From Polyangiaceae bacterium (GTDB lineage: Bacteria > Myxococcota_A > Polyangia > Polyangiales > Polyangiaceae), in NCBI GenBank assembly GCA_035063585.1, contig JAPSGB010000004.1, positions 64,001 through 128,000 of the forward strand: a stretch of DNA of 64,000 bases, given 5' to 3'. Made by a program: the position numbers and the translations under genes. Every line of letters starts with the position of its first letter. The stretch's first letter is position 1. Below are positions 63,551 to 64,000 of the stretch, one piece after another. Under the pieces are notes generated by a model, which was given only the letters and a program-made list of their open reading frames with translations, was not told the origin of the DNA and searched no databases.

Positions 63551-64000
63551 CTAGCTCCTCACCGCCTCGCGGACGCGGCGGCTCGCGAACAAGAAGACGA
63601 GCACCATCGCCAAGAGCGCCGCGCTCAAGGCGTACGGATACTCGGGGTGGAGCTCGTAGAGGCCCGTCCCGACCAGCGGCCCGAGCATCCGGCCGAAGGC
63701 CTGCGAGGAGCTGTTCAAGCCGGCGACCGCACCCTGCTCGTCGTCGCCGACCGCGAGCGAGAGCGCCGCGGTCACGCCGGGCATGGCGAGCCCCTGGCCG
63801 AGCCCCTGGAGCACCAGCGCTATGGTGAGGCCCGTGAAGCCCTTCGCGAACACGAACGCGACGAAGCCCGCGAGCGCGATGGGGATGCCGCTCTTCAGGA
63901 GCACGAGCGGTGGCCATTTGAAGCGGCGGATGAGGTATCCTTGGACGAACACCGCGACCAGCCCATAGGCGACCAGGGCCTCGCCGACCGGCCGCGGCGT
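63551..64000 (-). CDS. MFS transporter (TetA/DHA1-like), 5' end truncated by window edge
   Basis: VFVQGYLIR, QGAVAGLNSS...GRMLGPLVG; multi-TM. Confidence 0.8.
   Translation of the reverse strand, partial: TPRPVGEALVAYGLVAVFVQGYLIRRFKWPPLVLLKSGIPIALAGFVAFVFAKGFTGLTIALVLQGLGQGLAMPGVTAALSLAVGDDEQGAVAGLNSSSQAFGRMLGPLVGTGLYELHPEYPYALSAALLAMVLVFLFASRRVREAVRS

Overview
Very GC-rich chromosomal window, most likely from a myxobacterium (Myxococcota, Polyangiales-like, inferred from gene content such as DUF2378-like, DUF4388, PilZ/REC fusions and Cys-rich lipoproteins). It holds about 55 CDS and one tRNA-Cys(GCA). Housekeeping genes include sahR-ahcY, tnaA, an rlmN paralogue, uvrB, hppA, argC, rpsI, rplM, rnj, manC and an M18 aminopeptidase. 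I saw no cas genes, integrase or transposase. Most notable: (1) a dispersed, mostly intergenic ~21-bp motif TKGYCGGTCCGGCGCGGAAYC in about 11 full or partial copies, two of which form inverted repeats around a histidine-kinase gene and two of which lie inside ORFs; (2) a perfect 36-bp direct repeat with a 36-bp spacer that duplicates the 3' end of an MFS gene; (3) a ~15-kb region rich in lipid/isoprenoid-modifying genes (tandem COG1233 flavoproteins with two SCP2 proteins, a Tat-linked GMC pair, a CrtC-like protein, UbiA and a desaturase-like protein); (4) unusual domain architectures (MFS with a PDZ-like insert, and an MshEN/HD-GYP/REC/DUF4388 protein with degenerate motifs); (5) clear palindromic operator candidates. 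All calls come from motif recognition by eye; no database search was run.
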